A stretch of DNA of 64,000 nucleotides from Callorhinchus milii (GCF_018977255.1 NW_024704743.1:102550001-102614000), one strand, 5' to 3'. Shown: positions 1-14,110, counted from the stretch's first letter. Numbers and translations are program-made. The notes: generated from the sequence alone by a model not told the origin.

Positions 1-72
1 GAATCTTGTTGTTGTTGTTGTTGTAATTGCTGCAATCGTTTTTGACTTTCTCAAGATGTACATTGTAATTAT

Positions 73-1215
73 CAACAAACAACAGCAACAAAATTACACT
101 TGTAAAACGTCTTTCACTTTGGGAGGATGTCCCAAGGCACTGGACAGTCAGTGTTTCAGACCCGAGCTGGGGGTTGGGATTAGGGAGGGTGGAGGGCAGT
201 GGGGGGGAAGCAGGATGATCGAAAGCAGGTCGAAAGGGAGGGTCTTGAGATGGGTCTTGAAGAAGGCAAGGGAGGGGGCGAGGCGGAGGGACTGTGGAAT
301 GGAGTTCCAGAGGGTAGGGGCAGAGTGGCAGAAGGCCCACCCACCAATGGTGGGGCGGATGAGTCGGGGTACGTGAAGCAGGCCAGAGCCCACTGAGCAG
401 AGCGAGTGGTCAGGATGGTAGGGGGGTCAGGAGATCACAGAGGAAAGGGGGAGCAAGGCAATGGAGGGCTTTGAAGTTGAGGACCAGGATCTTCAACTGT
501 AATGCTCTGTGTGCTGGGAAGCCAGTGGAGTTGGGCAAGGATGGGGGTGATAGAGTTCTGAATGATCTGCAGCCCATGGAAGGAGTAGTTGGCGAGGCTG
601 ACAAGCAACGGGTTTGCATAGTCAAGCGTCAATGTTATGAATGTTATGAATGCATGTATGAGGCGGCCTGCAAAGATAATGGCGGAGCCGGGCAACATTG
701 CAGAAGTGGAGGAAGGCAAAGCAGGTCATGGCACAGAAGTGGGATAGAAAGGATAGTAGAGGGTCAAACAAGATGCCAACATTCTAGATTGGCTTAGTAA
801 GGTGGATTGTGCATCCATGGATGGTGATGCTGTCAGCGCCTGAGGCAATGGAGGGCCTCGGTCTAGTTGACCTTCAACCAAAGAAAGTTGGCTCTCATCC
901 AGGACTTGATGGCTGACAGACATTCATTCAGGGCTGCAGTGGTCCTGGAATCAAGGGTGGAGGCAGAGAGGTACAGTTGGGTGCCATCCGCATACATGTG
1001 GAATTTGACCCCAGTCTGCAGATGATGTCACCAAGAGGGAACATATAGATATTGAAGAGGAGGGGACCAAGGACAGAGCCCTGAGGAACCTGCATGAGAC
1101 GGTGTGAGGGCTAGAGGAGAAGCCGTTTGTGGAGATGAAGTGGAGACAGTGTAAGAAGTACGATCTGAACCATTCAAGGACAGAACCATGAAGGTTGAGG
1201 TGAGAGGCAAAGGCA
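73..1215 (-). mobile_element. 5'-truncated, decayed L2-clade LINE (C-terminal RT region, 3' UTR and (TTG)n tail)
   Basis: The minus strand encodes [11 protein letters not shown] at about 971-1003 and LIHAFIT...LDYANPLLV. The 3' end matches the other L2 copies in the window and ends in a (TTG)n tail, seen as caacaa on the plus strand. Confidence 0.9.
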
Positions 1216-1638
1216 GATCAGGGCAAAGAACAGTAATCAATGATCAGGAAAAACTTATGATCAATCTGATTAACATAAAAATAATTGCAGCTCTTGGTGA
1301 AAAGTGTGTTGTGTACCCCAAAGGTAATTTCACTCACAAAATACACAGTCAGTTCTCTTTAATGTATATTCTGTGAAACGTTTTGGGATGTCTCGAATAT
1401 GTAATAAGGCGCTATATCAAATGCAAGGATTATTATTATTATATTATATATTATAAAGACAGATAGTGGATCAGCCTCCAATTCCAGATCTTAAATAATT
1501 TTCTTTGAATTCTGAAAGGTATAATGTGATGTCTAATTACTGTATAACTTCACACTTTCTGTTTAAGTAATTAAATATTTTGTGATATATACAGCCCTGA
1601 CTGTTCGTAAATGTCTGTAATTATTCCTAGATCAGGTT

Positions 1639-1876
1639 GGGAAGAAATTCCACCTGGATTCAGAGTTACTCTCTTTATATACCAATTCAGATTTTCCACA
1701 GTTTGGCTCATCCTTAAGTAAAGCCTTCATTTTGAAAACAGTTTTCTGTAAGTTATTTAAGGCGTTCAAAAAACTGCCTTCAAAGTTAAAATTGAATTCA
1801 GCCATTTGCTAAATTCTGAATGCTGTGAAATGTTACATAAAGAAAGTAAACCTATATCCTGGTGGAATTTTCTCCC
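1639..1876. mobile_element. MITE-like non-autonomous DNA transposon, copy 1
   Basis: Imperfect terminal inverted repeats gggaagaaattccacctgg ... cctggtggaattttctccc. The right half aligns by eye with 21140-21235. Confidence 0.7.
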
Positions 1877-2264
1877 TATAAATGTCCTTCTAATTTTGAG
1901 TGTCAGATGAGAGGTGATTCAACTTTTCTCTTAGCTGACAAATGTATTTAATGTTTTCTTATTCTTCCCAGAGAATTTCAATTATTTCTCACCCCATAAT
2001 TTTGTGGATGTTGCCAAGTGCTTCATTGTATAATCTCGCACGGCATTGCTATTAATAGACCTGCCTACAGTCAGTGAAAAGCTAAATAAAAAATTTTGAG
2101 CTGAAACAATGTGCTTTTTTTAACTCAGATTGTGGATTGCATGGCCGAGTGATGATTTACACATAATAAGGCTTCTGTCATTGTCATATATGGCTAGCCC
2201 ATGTGATTATTTTTAATAGTATTCCCAGCATTTGATCTTGTCTTTTATGTCAGGAGAATATCTC

Positions 2265-2505
2265 AGAGTCTTTCAAAGAAATTACTGCAGAATATAGTGA
2301 CTGTGTATTTTAGGCGAATGTTGCAGCCAATTTGCACAATGTCCCACAATCAGCCATGAATTGAATGATCAATTTTATCTGCAGGATTGTTGGCCAGGAC
2401 ACCGAAAGAAATTCCTTTCTCTTTTTGAACAGTGCCATAGGATCTTTAACATCCACTTGAACAGGCAGATGTGACCTCTGTTTAACATCTCATCCAAAAG
2501 ACTAA
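2265..2505 (-). mobile_element. DeuSINE (SacSINE1-like) fragment
   Basis: Reverse complement of the Deu core (gttaaagatcctatggcactgttcaaaaagag...gtgtcctggccaacaatcc) followed by the shared SINE 3' tail. Confidence 0.75.
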
Positions 2506-4009
2506 ACATCATCCCTTCAAGAAAACAATAATTTGGTCAATGAATCCACGACTGTTTGTGGGACACTGCTGTGTGTAATTGGCTGCCACTTTTTACCAAC
2601 AAAATATACAATCAATTCACTTTACAGTATATTCTGTGAAGCACTTTGCGACATCTTGAAGACATATCAAGTGAAAGGATTATTATTTATTATTATCATC
2701 CCAAGGTTGGTTATCTTATTCAAACTCTCACTGATGTGCTTTCCTTAAATGAGAACCCACCTTTGCCGAATGTTTTCGTTAAGTTAAAATAGGTCGTAAT
2801 GCAGCATTCAAATTGCCATGCTCCCAAGTGCAGAATGCGATACTGGGCTGATTAATATTTACAGAGTTGGAGTTGGGGGCAGTGGTAGCGGGAGAGTTGT
2901 GTCACACTCATAGAGTGGTCTTTTTGTCACTGATTTCATGAACATCGTAATAACTAGCACATCACAAGCCGCAAATTTTCATTCCTTATTGTTTCTGGCA
3001 TAACTGCTCTTCCTGTTCGCTTGCAACAGTTGTTGGCGATCCAACTGTGGATTTAATTGCTGATTATCATCACTTGACAATCACTCATGGTTAGATAAAG
3101 ATGTGAAATGGGAAGCGTCGCTTACACATTACTTATGTCATTTAAATCTGTGTTGCAAATTTACAGGCCGTGATTTTACTAATTATGTCATTTAGGCACG
3201 GATCAGATAGGTCTTCTGCAATCTGTACAGATCTGCTTCAAAAGATGATTTTCACTTAAGGTACACAGAATCGCAGAGGCATCCACATAATGGAAAGATA
3301 ATTAATTCATATGTGCAACAACAGTTTAAATCACAGAGCTCAAATACATCCCTATTGATAACAATAATAATAATGTTAATAATAATCCTTGCATTTGATG
3401 TAACACCTTTCATGTCAGAAGGAAGTCTCAAGGGGTTTCACAGGATATACTGTAAAATGGAGTGACCATGTATTTTGTGGACGAATGTTGGGATACAGTT
3501 ATCATTCCATTTTTGCTCACGTTTATTCAGTTTCCATTCTGTTTTTACAGTACATTCCTGGAAAATCTCTGCTCAATTATTTCACTCTGAATTTTTTCCT
3601 TATACATCTATATTGCAAGTAATAATACACAAAATGATCAGTATATATAATTCCATGTAAGGATCTTGTATGTATCTTGTGTGCAATGCACAATTGCACA
3701 ATATATGTAACTAATTGGTATGCCTTTTCTCTTTTGAGTAAAAAGCAAATTAACTGCCTGGATGGTATGAAATAAGCTTTAAAAAATAATATTCTGAAAG
3801 CTAAGTATACACACAGAATATTTAACCATGTAAATGATACCCTTGTATAAGTTGCTCCACATACACTGCCCTGGGGCTAAAGATCTGTATGAGTATGCTC
3901 TAGACTATCAAAGGTAACCAAGGTCCTAAGATCCAATCCATACCCTTCATCTCCAATACTCAGACCTTGGTTTGCGGGGAGGGGGAGGAAAGGAGATGTA
4001 AGCGGGGTC

Positions 4010-4460
4010 TGCTTGGAGCTGAGCTCATTGTGTTTGGCAATGGAATGTTAGAATGAAGTCAATCCTCTGTGGAGGTCTCAGTAATTGCTGAGACAGGTGG
4101 GTCCATAGTACACCAGGGCACGATCAATGACAGACCAGCCAGCCTGGTTCTTCAGTGGAGCATAGAGGAGCAGATTTTGGAAGAGATGTTTTCCCTTGCC
4201 TCCCATTATCCCTGCAAGTCAAAGCCCGAACAGGTAGAGTTGTTTTAGGTGGACAAGCAGCAGGAAGCTTGTCAGATAGTGCTCCCAATAGCAGGTTATG
4301 CGGTTTTAGCTCATTATACTCCAGCAGTACCCCAACGCACACTCTGAGCTCCCCAAGCCTTGACTTTGCCATGCACATTCCATTCCAGCCACAGGGAAAT
4401 TTCCATGTATAAGTGGTATACAAGTGTTGAATTTGGCTTGGATACTCTTAAGAGTAGTGA
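4010..4460 (+). repeat. Unclassified dispersed repeat (family X), near full length
   Basis: Colinear similarity to copies at 32945, 42850 and 49545 (reverse complement). Strand assigned from the A-rich end seen in other copies. Confidence 0.8.
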
Positions 4461-5192
4461 CAGATATTTACGAATGGATTTAAAGATCTGACTGACCAAA
4501 ATCAACAACTTGTACATATCAAAATACAGCAAATTCCTGATAACTTGTCGCTCAAAAGGAAAAGAGCTCACTGACAAGTTATCCAAAGTGGCGAGGTAGC
4601 CATATATATAAATACATAAATAAATGATAGCATGATGACTTAATTGGTAATGGCAAGTTAAGCCAGGGTCGAGTTATCAGGAGTTTTCTGTAGGATAACA
4701 TCTCTAAATACTTTACAGTGACAGGAGCAAGGAGAAGGAGAGGGGAGATGACCATAAGTAAAGTCGAGGATGCAAGTTTTTAGCCAGGATTTAAAGAAAT
4801 AGAGATGGGGCAAGATAAAAAAGAAAGATAGAGGGAAAGAGTTCCAGTGGTGAAGGTGTAATAGCTGAAGGCTCAGTCACCGATGGTAGCACAAAGGGGA
4901 CAGGAATTGTGTTAATTGTCATTAATGATAATAAGCACATCACAGGTACAAAAGTTCACTGCTCTAAATGAACCATTATTATATTATGTTCCTTGCACTA
5001 ATGAACTTGTAGATTTCTGCATATTAAACATTACTGTTCTACTGAATTGAAATAAAATTATGCAAATGTAGGATGCTGAGCAATGGATTGAATTTAGATA
5101 TAAATGTACATGCAAAGATCTCGTTGTGACCAGAACCTGTGGATGGCAACAATGGAACAAGTTATTTCTTTCTGTATGCTAATATTCCATCA

Positions 5193-5495
5193 AATAATAA
5201 TAATAAATAATAATAATAATAATCTAGATGTCTCAAAGCGCTTCACAGAATAAGCTGTAAAGTGAATTGACCGTATATTTGTGGGGGAAACGCAGCAGCC
5301 AATTGCACACAGCAGTGTCCCACAAACAGTCGTGGATTGAAAATGACCAATTTATTATTGTTTTGTTTTTTGGAAGGATTATTATTAGGCGTGTGGAGTA
5401 AGGAAACTTGCCCAAGGTTTCGCCCTGTCTGGAATTGAACCCAGGTGTCTTGCTTGCAAGGCGAGTGCTCTAACCACTGAGCTACAGGACTCCAC
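5193..5495 (-). mobile_element. Young tRNA-Ala-headed SINE, short subtype
   Basis: Head gtggagtcctgtagctcagtggttagagcac...gggttcaattcc (A and B boxes) and a (TTA)n tail. Near-identical to the copies at 44979 and 50240. Confidence 0.9.
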
Positions 5496-5959
5496 AATAT
5501 GTCTCCACATATCTTTCAATATGTGACACATTGATCTAGTTCGATTCATTCATTCATTTACCTTTGCTCCTTGCTATTCAAATGACAAACTTTGAAGAGT
5601 TTTGAACGCAATGGAAAACTCTTTTCATTAATAAAAATGCTGTTGAAAAGGCCGTGGGATTAATTCCAATGGGAATATTTTATTATAAATCTGCAAGATA
5701 TTTCAGTTATACTATATACACATATATATACTATATATATACTAGCAAGGTTATAATAATACTACTAATAATAGTCACAGTGTTTGAAATAACGCCTTTC
5801 ATATCGGGACAATATGTTAAAGTGCTTTACGGAATTTACTATAAAGTACAGTGACTGTAGACTGTAGTGGTTTCACGTCAAAGATCCTGAACTCTAGGAG
5901 CCAGATAAGTATGTCACGTGTGGGCAGCGTAAAGCAGAATACACTCTGTAAAATAGTAA

Positions 5960-6085
5960 AGAGACACGATCAGTGCTACAGACCCAAGCTGGGGGTCGGG
6001 ATTGGGGAGAGTGGAGGCCGGGGGGGAAGGAGGGTGATCGAAGGCATGGTCGACCAGGAGGGTCTTGAGACGGGTCTTGAAGGAA
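5960..6085 (-). mobile_element. L2 3' UTR fragment
   Basis: Matches 145-265 (cagacccaagctgggggtcgggattgggga...gagggtcttgaga). Confidence 0.75.
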
Positions 6086-6156
6086 TGCTTAAATTCCATC
6101 TAATCAGCCTGTATAAGGTCTTAAAATTTAAAGTACTGCAGAATAGTTAAACATTT

Positions 6157-6450
6157 GTACTGGGGGAGTACTGCATTGTTGGATGTACCAATGAGATGTT
6201 AAACAAGGTCCTGCTTATTCCTTTAGATGTTAAAGATCCATGGTACTATTCCAAAAAAGAAGGGAATTTCTCGTTCTCTCTGTGTCCTGGTCAATAATCC
6301 CCAGATGAAGTTGGTCATTCACTTCATGACTTTTTGTACACCTAGTAATACATAGTAAACCCTGTGAAGCAGTTTGACACATTCAACAATGTGACAGGGC
6401 ACTATAACAAATGCAGGAATTATTTATTATTATTATTATCATTGTTATTA
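6157..6450 (+). mobile_element. Degraded DeuSINE
   Basis: Deu core (gagatgttaaacaaggtcc...gatgttaaagatccatggtactatt) followed by a (TTA)n tail. Confidence 0.7.
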
Positions 6451-7089
6451 TATCATATTCAAGGATATGTATTGTATTAATTATAAATGTTGACTTGGAT
6501 CTTTGGTTTCTGCCCATCAATTCCCCAGATTAAATAAAAATCTTCAGAAGAACTGTCAGGATGTTGAGATATAACCTTTATAGCCACAATGATAATGAAC
6601 ATTATCGAGGAGGTATAGAATATATTATTGATAAGAATCCTTGTCTATGTTTGTCATTGCCTTATAAGGGATTCTCAGTCTGCTCTTCAGTGATGATCAA
6701 ATAGAACAATCCAAATTTGAAGACACTCTCCTGAGAAAATGCGAAATCAAATTCAAATCAAATGCAAGGATTATTATAATATTTTCTTGAGTGGGGTATT
6801 TCCACTTGTGTTCACTTTACATATTTGTATTCATATTTTCGGACGGTAATACAGACTATTGAATATACTCTGCCTTAGCTGAAGCAGTCTACAGCTATGG
6901 CATGTAGTGGGGTCTACTCAGAACAATATTGAATGTCGAGACATTTGATAAACCTCAGAGGAAAATGAAATTTCCTAAATTAATTTGCTTCCAACATCAA
7001 ATAGGTGTTCCTTTCAACCATGTCTTGGAAACTGCTGTTTGCAACTTGTACCTCTTAATGAGAAACCTCAATTTCTATTGATCACAAGT

Positions 7090-7330
7090 TTTTTGGGGGA
7101 TCCATTGGGTATCTGATACGTTCGGAAACCCATCACTATGCTTGAGAGTATCTAAACCTGAGAGTTCTGAGAGTTCCACGTACGTATACCACCTAACCAT
7201 GGACATTTCCCTGCATTTGGAATGGATTGCACACTCCCCACCGGCCACCACCCCCACCATTCACCCCGGAATGCACTTTGCTTATCTAATTCTGGAGAGT
7301 ATTCAATATTTGGCAAAAATTGATGATAGA
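7090..7330 (-). repeat. Family X repeat, interrupted by an L2 insertion; resumes at about 7966-8020
   Basis: atctgatacgttcggaaacccatcactatgcttgagagt matches 32965-33000. tgacaagccaggctggctggtgtgtca at 7991 matches 49910. Confidence 0.75.
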
Positions 7331-7340
7331 TTGATGATGG

Positions 7341-7966
7341 TTTTCTTCCACCTCCGACGCATGTCGCCTGTCTCCGCCAATACCTTACTCCAAAAGCCAC
7401 TGAAACCCTGGTCCATGCCTTTGTCACCTCTCGGCTGGACTATTCAAATGCCCTCCTCACCGGTCTCCCCTCCACTACCATTCACAAAATCCAGGACATC
7501 CAAAACTCTGCCGCCCGCATTCTTCCCAGCACCAAACTCCACTCCCTCATAACTCTAGTCCTTGCCAGACTGCTCTGGCTGCCTGTACCAGAGAGAATCG
7601 ACTTCAAGATCTTCACTCTTGTCTTCAAATTCCTTCACTCCTCTGCACCCCCCTACCTCTCTGACCTCCTCTTTCCTCACAACAGTGCCCGTTGCCTCCT
7701 CCTTATCCCCTGAATCCTCCGCTCCACCATCGGCTACCTTCAGCCACTACACCCCACGGCTCTGGAACTCCCTTCCTCACTCCCTTCGCTTCGCCCCCTC
7801 TCTTCCTATTTTCAGGTCCCTGCTGAAGACCTTTATTTTCGACCGCGCCTTTAGCCGCGCCTTCCTCCCCCTCCCTCTGGCTTGGGCCTGGGATCCATTA
7901 CTGTGAAACGCTCTGAGACGCCGTCCAGCGTGGAGGGTGCTATATAAATCCAAGTTGTTGTTGTTG
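7341..7966 (+). mobile_element. L2 LINE 3' fragment (second subfamily)
   Basis: Translates to TLVHAFVTSRLDYSNALLTGLP...IQDIQNSAARIL and ends ctgtgaaacgctctgagacg...gctatataaatccaagttgttgttg. Confidence 0.9.
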
Positions 7967-9700
7967 GCTTAGGGATTCTAGAAGGTACTTTGACAAGCCA
8001 GGCTGGCTGGTGTGTCATTGTTCACCTACAAAATACAGTTATTGCATTTGCTGTAAAATCCTGTGAAGCACTTTGAGACATCCTCTTGACATGAAAAGGC
8101 ATTATATCAAATGCAATAATAATTATTATTATTGTTATTATTATTATCATCATCACCTACAGTATCTGGAGGATTGCTGGCCAGAACATTGGGAGAACCT
8201 ATCTTCTCTTTATGAATAGTGACATGGAACCTTTAACATTCACCTGAACAGGTAGATTAGATGGGACCTTGGTTTAAAGTCTAATTAAAAAGACCCAAAC
8301 AGTACTACCCCAGCATTGTCATTGTATTGTCAACCTAAACTATGAGTTTAAAGTCCTGAGCACATAGTTGGTAAAATGAATAATAAATTAAGAATCTCGC
8401 TTTCTGAAGTTACTGATTTTACAGTGGCCAAATTCGCTATGAACCAGCTGACATGCACTCATCTTAATCTTTTTCTAAGATCCTCTTTTTCTTGATTTCA
8501 TAACCTGTGTTGACACTGGACTGATACCCAGAAGTGATCAGTAGTCAGGAGTCTCTTAAAACAAATTCTTAAGGGAGCTACGAGTTTAAAAATCAATTTT
8601 TTCTCCAGAGGAGGTTGCAATTTAGACTGAAGGTGCTTTATATTACTCTCCCCTGTTCCATTATAAGACTTAGTCTAGAATAACAACTTGCAATTATATA
8701 ACACCATGGAGGATAAGGACTCAGAGCACATAACAGACAGTGCCACGCAAAGGGAGGAATGGGAGGTGACCACAGGCAAAGTTGAAAAAGTCAGTGTTTA
8801 GACGTGATTTAAAGACAGAGAGAGTGTGTGAGACAGGGGAATATAGGACAGGATTAGAAGCACTGTTGCTGATTGATCATTGCCTGGAGGGGGTGGGGAA
8901 TGGTAGCAGGACAGAGTTTTTCGAGCAAAGGAGGATAATGAAGACAGAAAGAATTCTAATGATGTGCTGGGCTTATTATGCTTTACACTGCCAGCACAAA
9001 GTGAACATTCAAAGGTAGGTCACTAGAAATGCCAACAGGCCCCATATGTACCAGACTGTTTTCTGTCTCAAGACCAAGTACTAGCCTCCTCATTAGGAGA
9101 GAGCAGAGAGCAGGTTTGGCTCTAATTCTTGCATAGCTGCCAAACCAGAACCTTTTGAACATGTGAGCAAATAACATCCGCTCTGCTGCATTGGCAGCAA
9201 GTTGCTCCAATGGACAATGATCTCTGTAGGAGTGTCAACAAATGTTACATGTCTGTGAGAGGGAAGTTCCACTTCAGTGCATGTTTGCTTTTTGCCAGAT
9301 GAAGAAATTGCCTCCTAGCCATGAACAGATTGATGTGACATGAGCTAAGAAATGAATAATAGAAGTTCAAAATATTGTTTTGATTTACCACCAGGTTAAA
9401 TTGTTCTAGATGATTTGAAAACACACTGCAATATTCCTTGTGGTCAGGGTGCTTGCAAGACCCACGTTTAGTGCAGGTTGATTGATCTGAGATCCTGGGG
9501 TAGAGTTGACCAGGAATGATGGCTCCTAGACGGCAGGCAACACACAATTGGAGCTGAGTGGCTGTCAGTGGAGGCTGGTGGAACCATGGATGACCACGAG
9601 CTTAGAGAAGCTAAAGTGCAGGTCGACCATAGGTGGGCCATTCAGCCGACAGCAAATTACCTCCACAGATAAGGAGGAGCTGCTCCTCCTCTCAGTCTTC

Positions 9701-9897
9701 CAGCTGTCAAATACTCACCAGAATTAGGTAAGCAACATGTGTCCCTCCAGGGAGACAATACACGTTTCCATTCCAGACACAGGATAATTCCCATTTGTAG
9801 TTGTCATTTACACGTGGAACTCTCAGTTTGGCTTAGAAACCATTAAGCATGGTGATGGGTTTCTACATGTGTCAGATACCTGGCTGACTAAAAAAAG
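9701..9897 (+). repeat. Family X repeat, 3' part with A-rich end
   Basis: Ends gcatggtgatgggtttctacatgtgtcagatacctggctgactaaaaaaa. Confidence 0.8.
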
Positions 9898-10166
9898 TCA
9901 AATCACTAATTAAAATTAACAAAGGTACAGAATACTCTACAAAATCAAAGAATGTAAAAAAATCACACCTGTCAGTGTGTACAATTTCTGCAAGAGTAAC
10001 TTATTTTATTTCTACAGTCAACAGATTAATTTGCCAACTTCCTTCACTTGGTTTTCAATGTAGGTCAGTGTAGGTGCGATATCTTAAAATAGTAATTCTT
10101 GTATTTGAAATATTGCCTTTTATCTTGGGAGAATGCGTCGAAGGTGCTTCCCAGGATTTACTATAC

Positions 10167-10190
10167 TGTGTGTGTGTGTGTGTGTGTGTG
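10167..10190. repeat. (TG)12 microsatellite
   Basis: Read directly from the sequence. Confidence 0.95.
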
Positions 10191-11404
10191 AGACTGTGTT
10201 CGCAGGCGAATCTGCCATGAAAGGTTGAACAACTCACTGAAATTGGAAGTTTATAATGACATAATATATGATCCTTTATCCAAATGATCCAAATGTGATC
10301 AGCAAGGGGGTTGAGTACATGTGAAATTAATGGAGTCCGCAGTGCAACTATCCTTGTGCTATACTGAAGCGTGTTATAACAGGGCTTTACTGTTATTACC
10401 TGTGATAATTAGCCCATTGAAGGTTGTATTTCTCATCCCTTTGTGTGTACTCAACTGTCCTATTTAGATAATATTCAATAATTGCCTGACAGATTACAGC
10501 AATGAATTTTCAGTTAATTCAGTTAATAGCAGAGCAAGCTGATCAATTTATTTCTTACATTTAATTTATTTCTTACACAAATACATTTGGAATGGACATA
10601 TTTTCATTGCAGACCTGGACCAGTCAAAACGTTAGCCTGACCACAATTTTGGTCACTCTCATAATTATCAGAACACACATTTTTTGATCAGAGTATTTCA
10701 TTTCTATTTTAACCAGGCCCCGGAGCAACATGCAATTGTTTCAAACTGACATTTCTTCTGGTTTACAGGCAACACAAATAACTGAACAATAGACGTGAAT
10801 GAGAATGCCTTTCAAAATGAATTCAATTTGCACTGTCAACTAACCGAGTAAATGGTGACAGTTCCTCCCACACTCTTCCTGTTAAATCAAGTCTGAAATA
10901 CACTTGGCCAGATATCAAGGGGTATCAATCATAATGACTCTGTTTCACATTAGTTAAGTGCGGATAGGATCAAAGTAAATACCTAAAATCAAAGGGAGAA
11001 TAGGTCAGTTTAAGTTGCTTCCAATGCCACTGCGTCATGAAAAGAATGATCAGAATACTAGTTGTTGGTGAGTCATCAATAAGTATAAAAAAGCTACAAA
11101 AAGAGTTTAGGAGGAACTTGGAATTCATTGACAAAAAGTATCAATGCATTTTTATTAAAATTATTTTTTAATTACAAATGCTATATAAATCTTATTGCAC
11201 TTGGGGTCAAATTAAGCGCTCCGAGATGCTACCTCATGTAAAGGGTGCTATATAATTGCAAGTTGTGTGCGTTGAATAGATTTAGGCACGTGAATATTTA
11301 TAGACAGACATTAAAAGAGGCAAATAAAATAATTAAAAGTAGGAAAATAGAAAGTTTTACAGACAATTTAATTTGGGCACTTTTCTTCACAAACAGAAAC
11401 ACAA

Positions 11405-11610
11405 AAATAATAATAATAATAATCCTTGCATTTGATATAGTGCTTTTCACGTCTTCTAGACGTCCCAAAGTGCTTCACAGAATATACTGTAAAGTGAATT
11501 GACTGTATATTTGTGGGCGAATGTGGCAGCCAATTGCGCACAGCAATGTCCCACAAACAGTCATAGATTGAAAATGACTCATTTATTATTGTTTTTTGGA
11601 GGGATTATTA
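11405..11610 (-). mobile_element. 5'-truncated young SINE
   Basis: 3' half closely matches 50370-50562; (TTA)n tail. Confidence 0.85.
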
Positions 11611-13840
11611 AAACAAGACATTAGACAATCAGACAGGTCTCACTTTTTCTTGATGTTCTTCCTGATGGATTTGTTCTCCTCCCAAAAGATTCTCCGCATT
11701 GAACATTTTACCCTCTTCTTACACTGAGCAAATCTTCTTGATTTAAGTATCATCAATAGGCTAATTCAAATCAAGTTGTGAACGAGCTATGCCATTGTCG
11801 CTGGTACAATGACCATAAATCATCTTGAGCTTTTAGCAGATTAACAGAAGAGTGTGAGATTTTGAAAAAAAATGTTTTCCATACTTTTCCGAGACATAAT
11901 GAAAGCCCCCATATTGAATGCTGGGTAACCCTATCTTTACATACACACTCACAGTGGCATGCCAATTTTTCCTGATTTTTCCAAATTGTCACAGAGAGGT
12001 ATAGGAGAGGGGGAGGGTCACGTGGAGTCTACACATCAATACAGACTAGTTGGGCTGAATGGTCTGTTTGGGTGCTGAAGATTCTATGTAATTATCTATG
12101 TAATTGATTTCAATAGTTTGCTTTAAAAATGAAAGAAACAGAAAATAAAATTAGCATTAGAAGGTAACTGTTGAAGTTTTTGGCAAAAGATGATAATCAT
12201 ACAGGAATGATGATGTACACACAACCAGATGGCAAGATAAGCTGTTGGCACATAACCTAAAGACTGACTGGGATTCATCTAAACAGATTTAGAAAAGGAG
12301 TAGACAAGGTAATATTGCAGTAAATACAAATGAACAAATGTTTTTCGCTGTGCCCAAAATGATGAAAGCAAATATTGTTCAGGATAAAGAGAGATGTGAA
12401 AATAAAATACAAGTTTCAAATATCAATGAAAAGGTTGAAGGCTCATCTTAAACACTTTCATACCAATAAAAACAGCATAAGGCATACACTGCTGGTATTA
12501 AAACTGTACTCAGCTGGTGACCATATTGACATTGTTGACAGTGAAGGGATATATTGGACAAGGTGCATTGCTAATAGACTGATAGGTTTAAAAGGATCTA
12601 AGTCTGATGAGCTACAAGGATGAACAAATTATTGGTAACCTTGTCAAATGATGATCCAAAAAAACAGAAAAACAGCAACAAAAATTGTGATGTGTTAATT
12701 ATCATGTGATTATTATCACATTGTCAATTCACTTTATAGTATATTCTGTGAAGCGCTTTGAGACGTCTAGAAGATGTGATAAAGCACTATATCAAATGCA
12801 AGGATTATTATTATTGTTGCTAAGTGTTTGTCAATTACCTTTTCCCCATCCGTTGCTGCAACCCCCCAACACACACACACTCAAATCTTTTTATAATGGT
12901 CGGATCTAAATTGGACTTGGAACCCCATAGAATGCATCATTCTAGTACATGTTGGGATGGGGGGACAACACAAGGAGTCAGTGAGGGGTGGGGGGGAGCA
13001 GGAGGTAGGAGAACACCTTCCCTTGCTTTTTGTCCTGAACAACTTTTGCAGCAGGGCCTCCCCAAGCTGCAGTTCAGAGCAGAGAACTTCCTGGGACATC
13101 GGATATCCATTTATGTGGCAAAGGTCGCACCCCTCTGATACAATCCAAAGAGCCATTTGAATTGCCTTTCACAAAGTTAATTCTCAGTCTTTACAGTCAC
13201 GGGCCCCACCTTAACAGGCTTCTGCACTGTCTCCGTTCAATGTCCATTACAACATTTTCAAAAGAACTTTTAACAAAAGTTAACAATGCAACATATTACA
13301 TTGCAACAATGCAGAAAATTATAACTTGAGCAGGACAGAGAGTAAGCTGATTCCTCCACTTTGTAAAAAATGATCTGATAACTTCTTGGAATACAGATGA
13401 GTGTTAAATTGAAATGCATTCTGATTTATGCATGCACAGGTTTTTGTTCAAGCCTATGTATGTATTATTGGTGCACAGTCAATTTTGCAATACTTCAACA
13501 ATGAACTTCAAAGTTGAATATTCTTGTGAAGTAGTCCCATTGATTATGCATAAAGCCGCAAGAGCTCAGTAAAACTCTAGTCTTTATGGATCTCCGCAGA
13601 TGATTCTTCCACACCAATATATCCTGGATTAAAAGAAGAAGCCATTGTCATCTCAAAGAAAGAGAAGGTGCCTATCCAGAACAATAACTATTGGTTCTGC
13701 TGAGCAAGTCATTCAGTACCAAAAAGTATAATAAAATCTATGCAAATGTAGAAAGCATCAGAACTTTGACATTTTCTCAGACTACTTTTGGAGATATCGA
13801 AATGAAGAATTTCCTGACACCAATTCGAGTTAGGGTTAGG

Positions 13841-14110
13841 ATGCTGGAGGAGCCTCATTTTATCCTTCCGGTGAGATATTTAGCCGAGATCCCATCTGTG
13901 CCTGTTCAAGTGGACTATAAAGATCCCATGGCATGACTGGAAAAGAGAACACCATTTTCCAGTATCTTGACCAATAATTCTCCAGATACAATTGGTTATT
14001 TCCGTCATGGCTGTTTATGGGACATTTTGTGCTCAAATTGCTAGAAATACAATCTACTCTACAGCAGATTCTGTGAAGTGTTTTGAGATGTTTCAAAAAC
14101 ATGATAAGCC
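13841..14110 (+). mobile_element. Degraded DeuSINE
   Basis: gtctgcc-like Deu core: ctgttcaagtggactataaagatcccatggca. Confidence 0.65.

Noticed and set aside
12180..12660. Purine-rich stretch resembling decayed coding sequence (similar strand bias at 11620-11760, 43790-43920 and 59300-60000)
   Set aside because: I could not identify any transposase, RT or host-protein motif. A BLASTx search would be needed.
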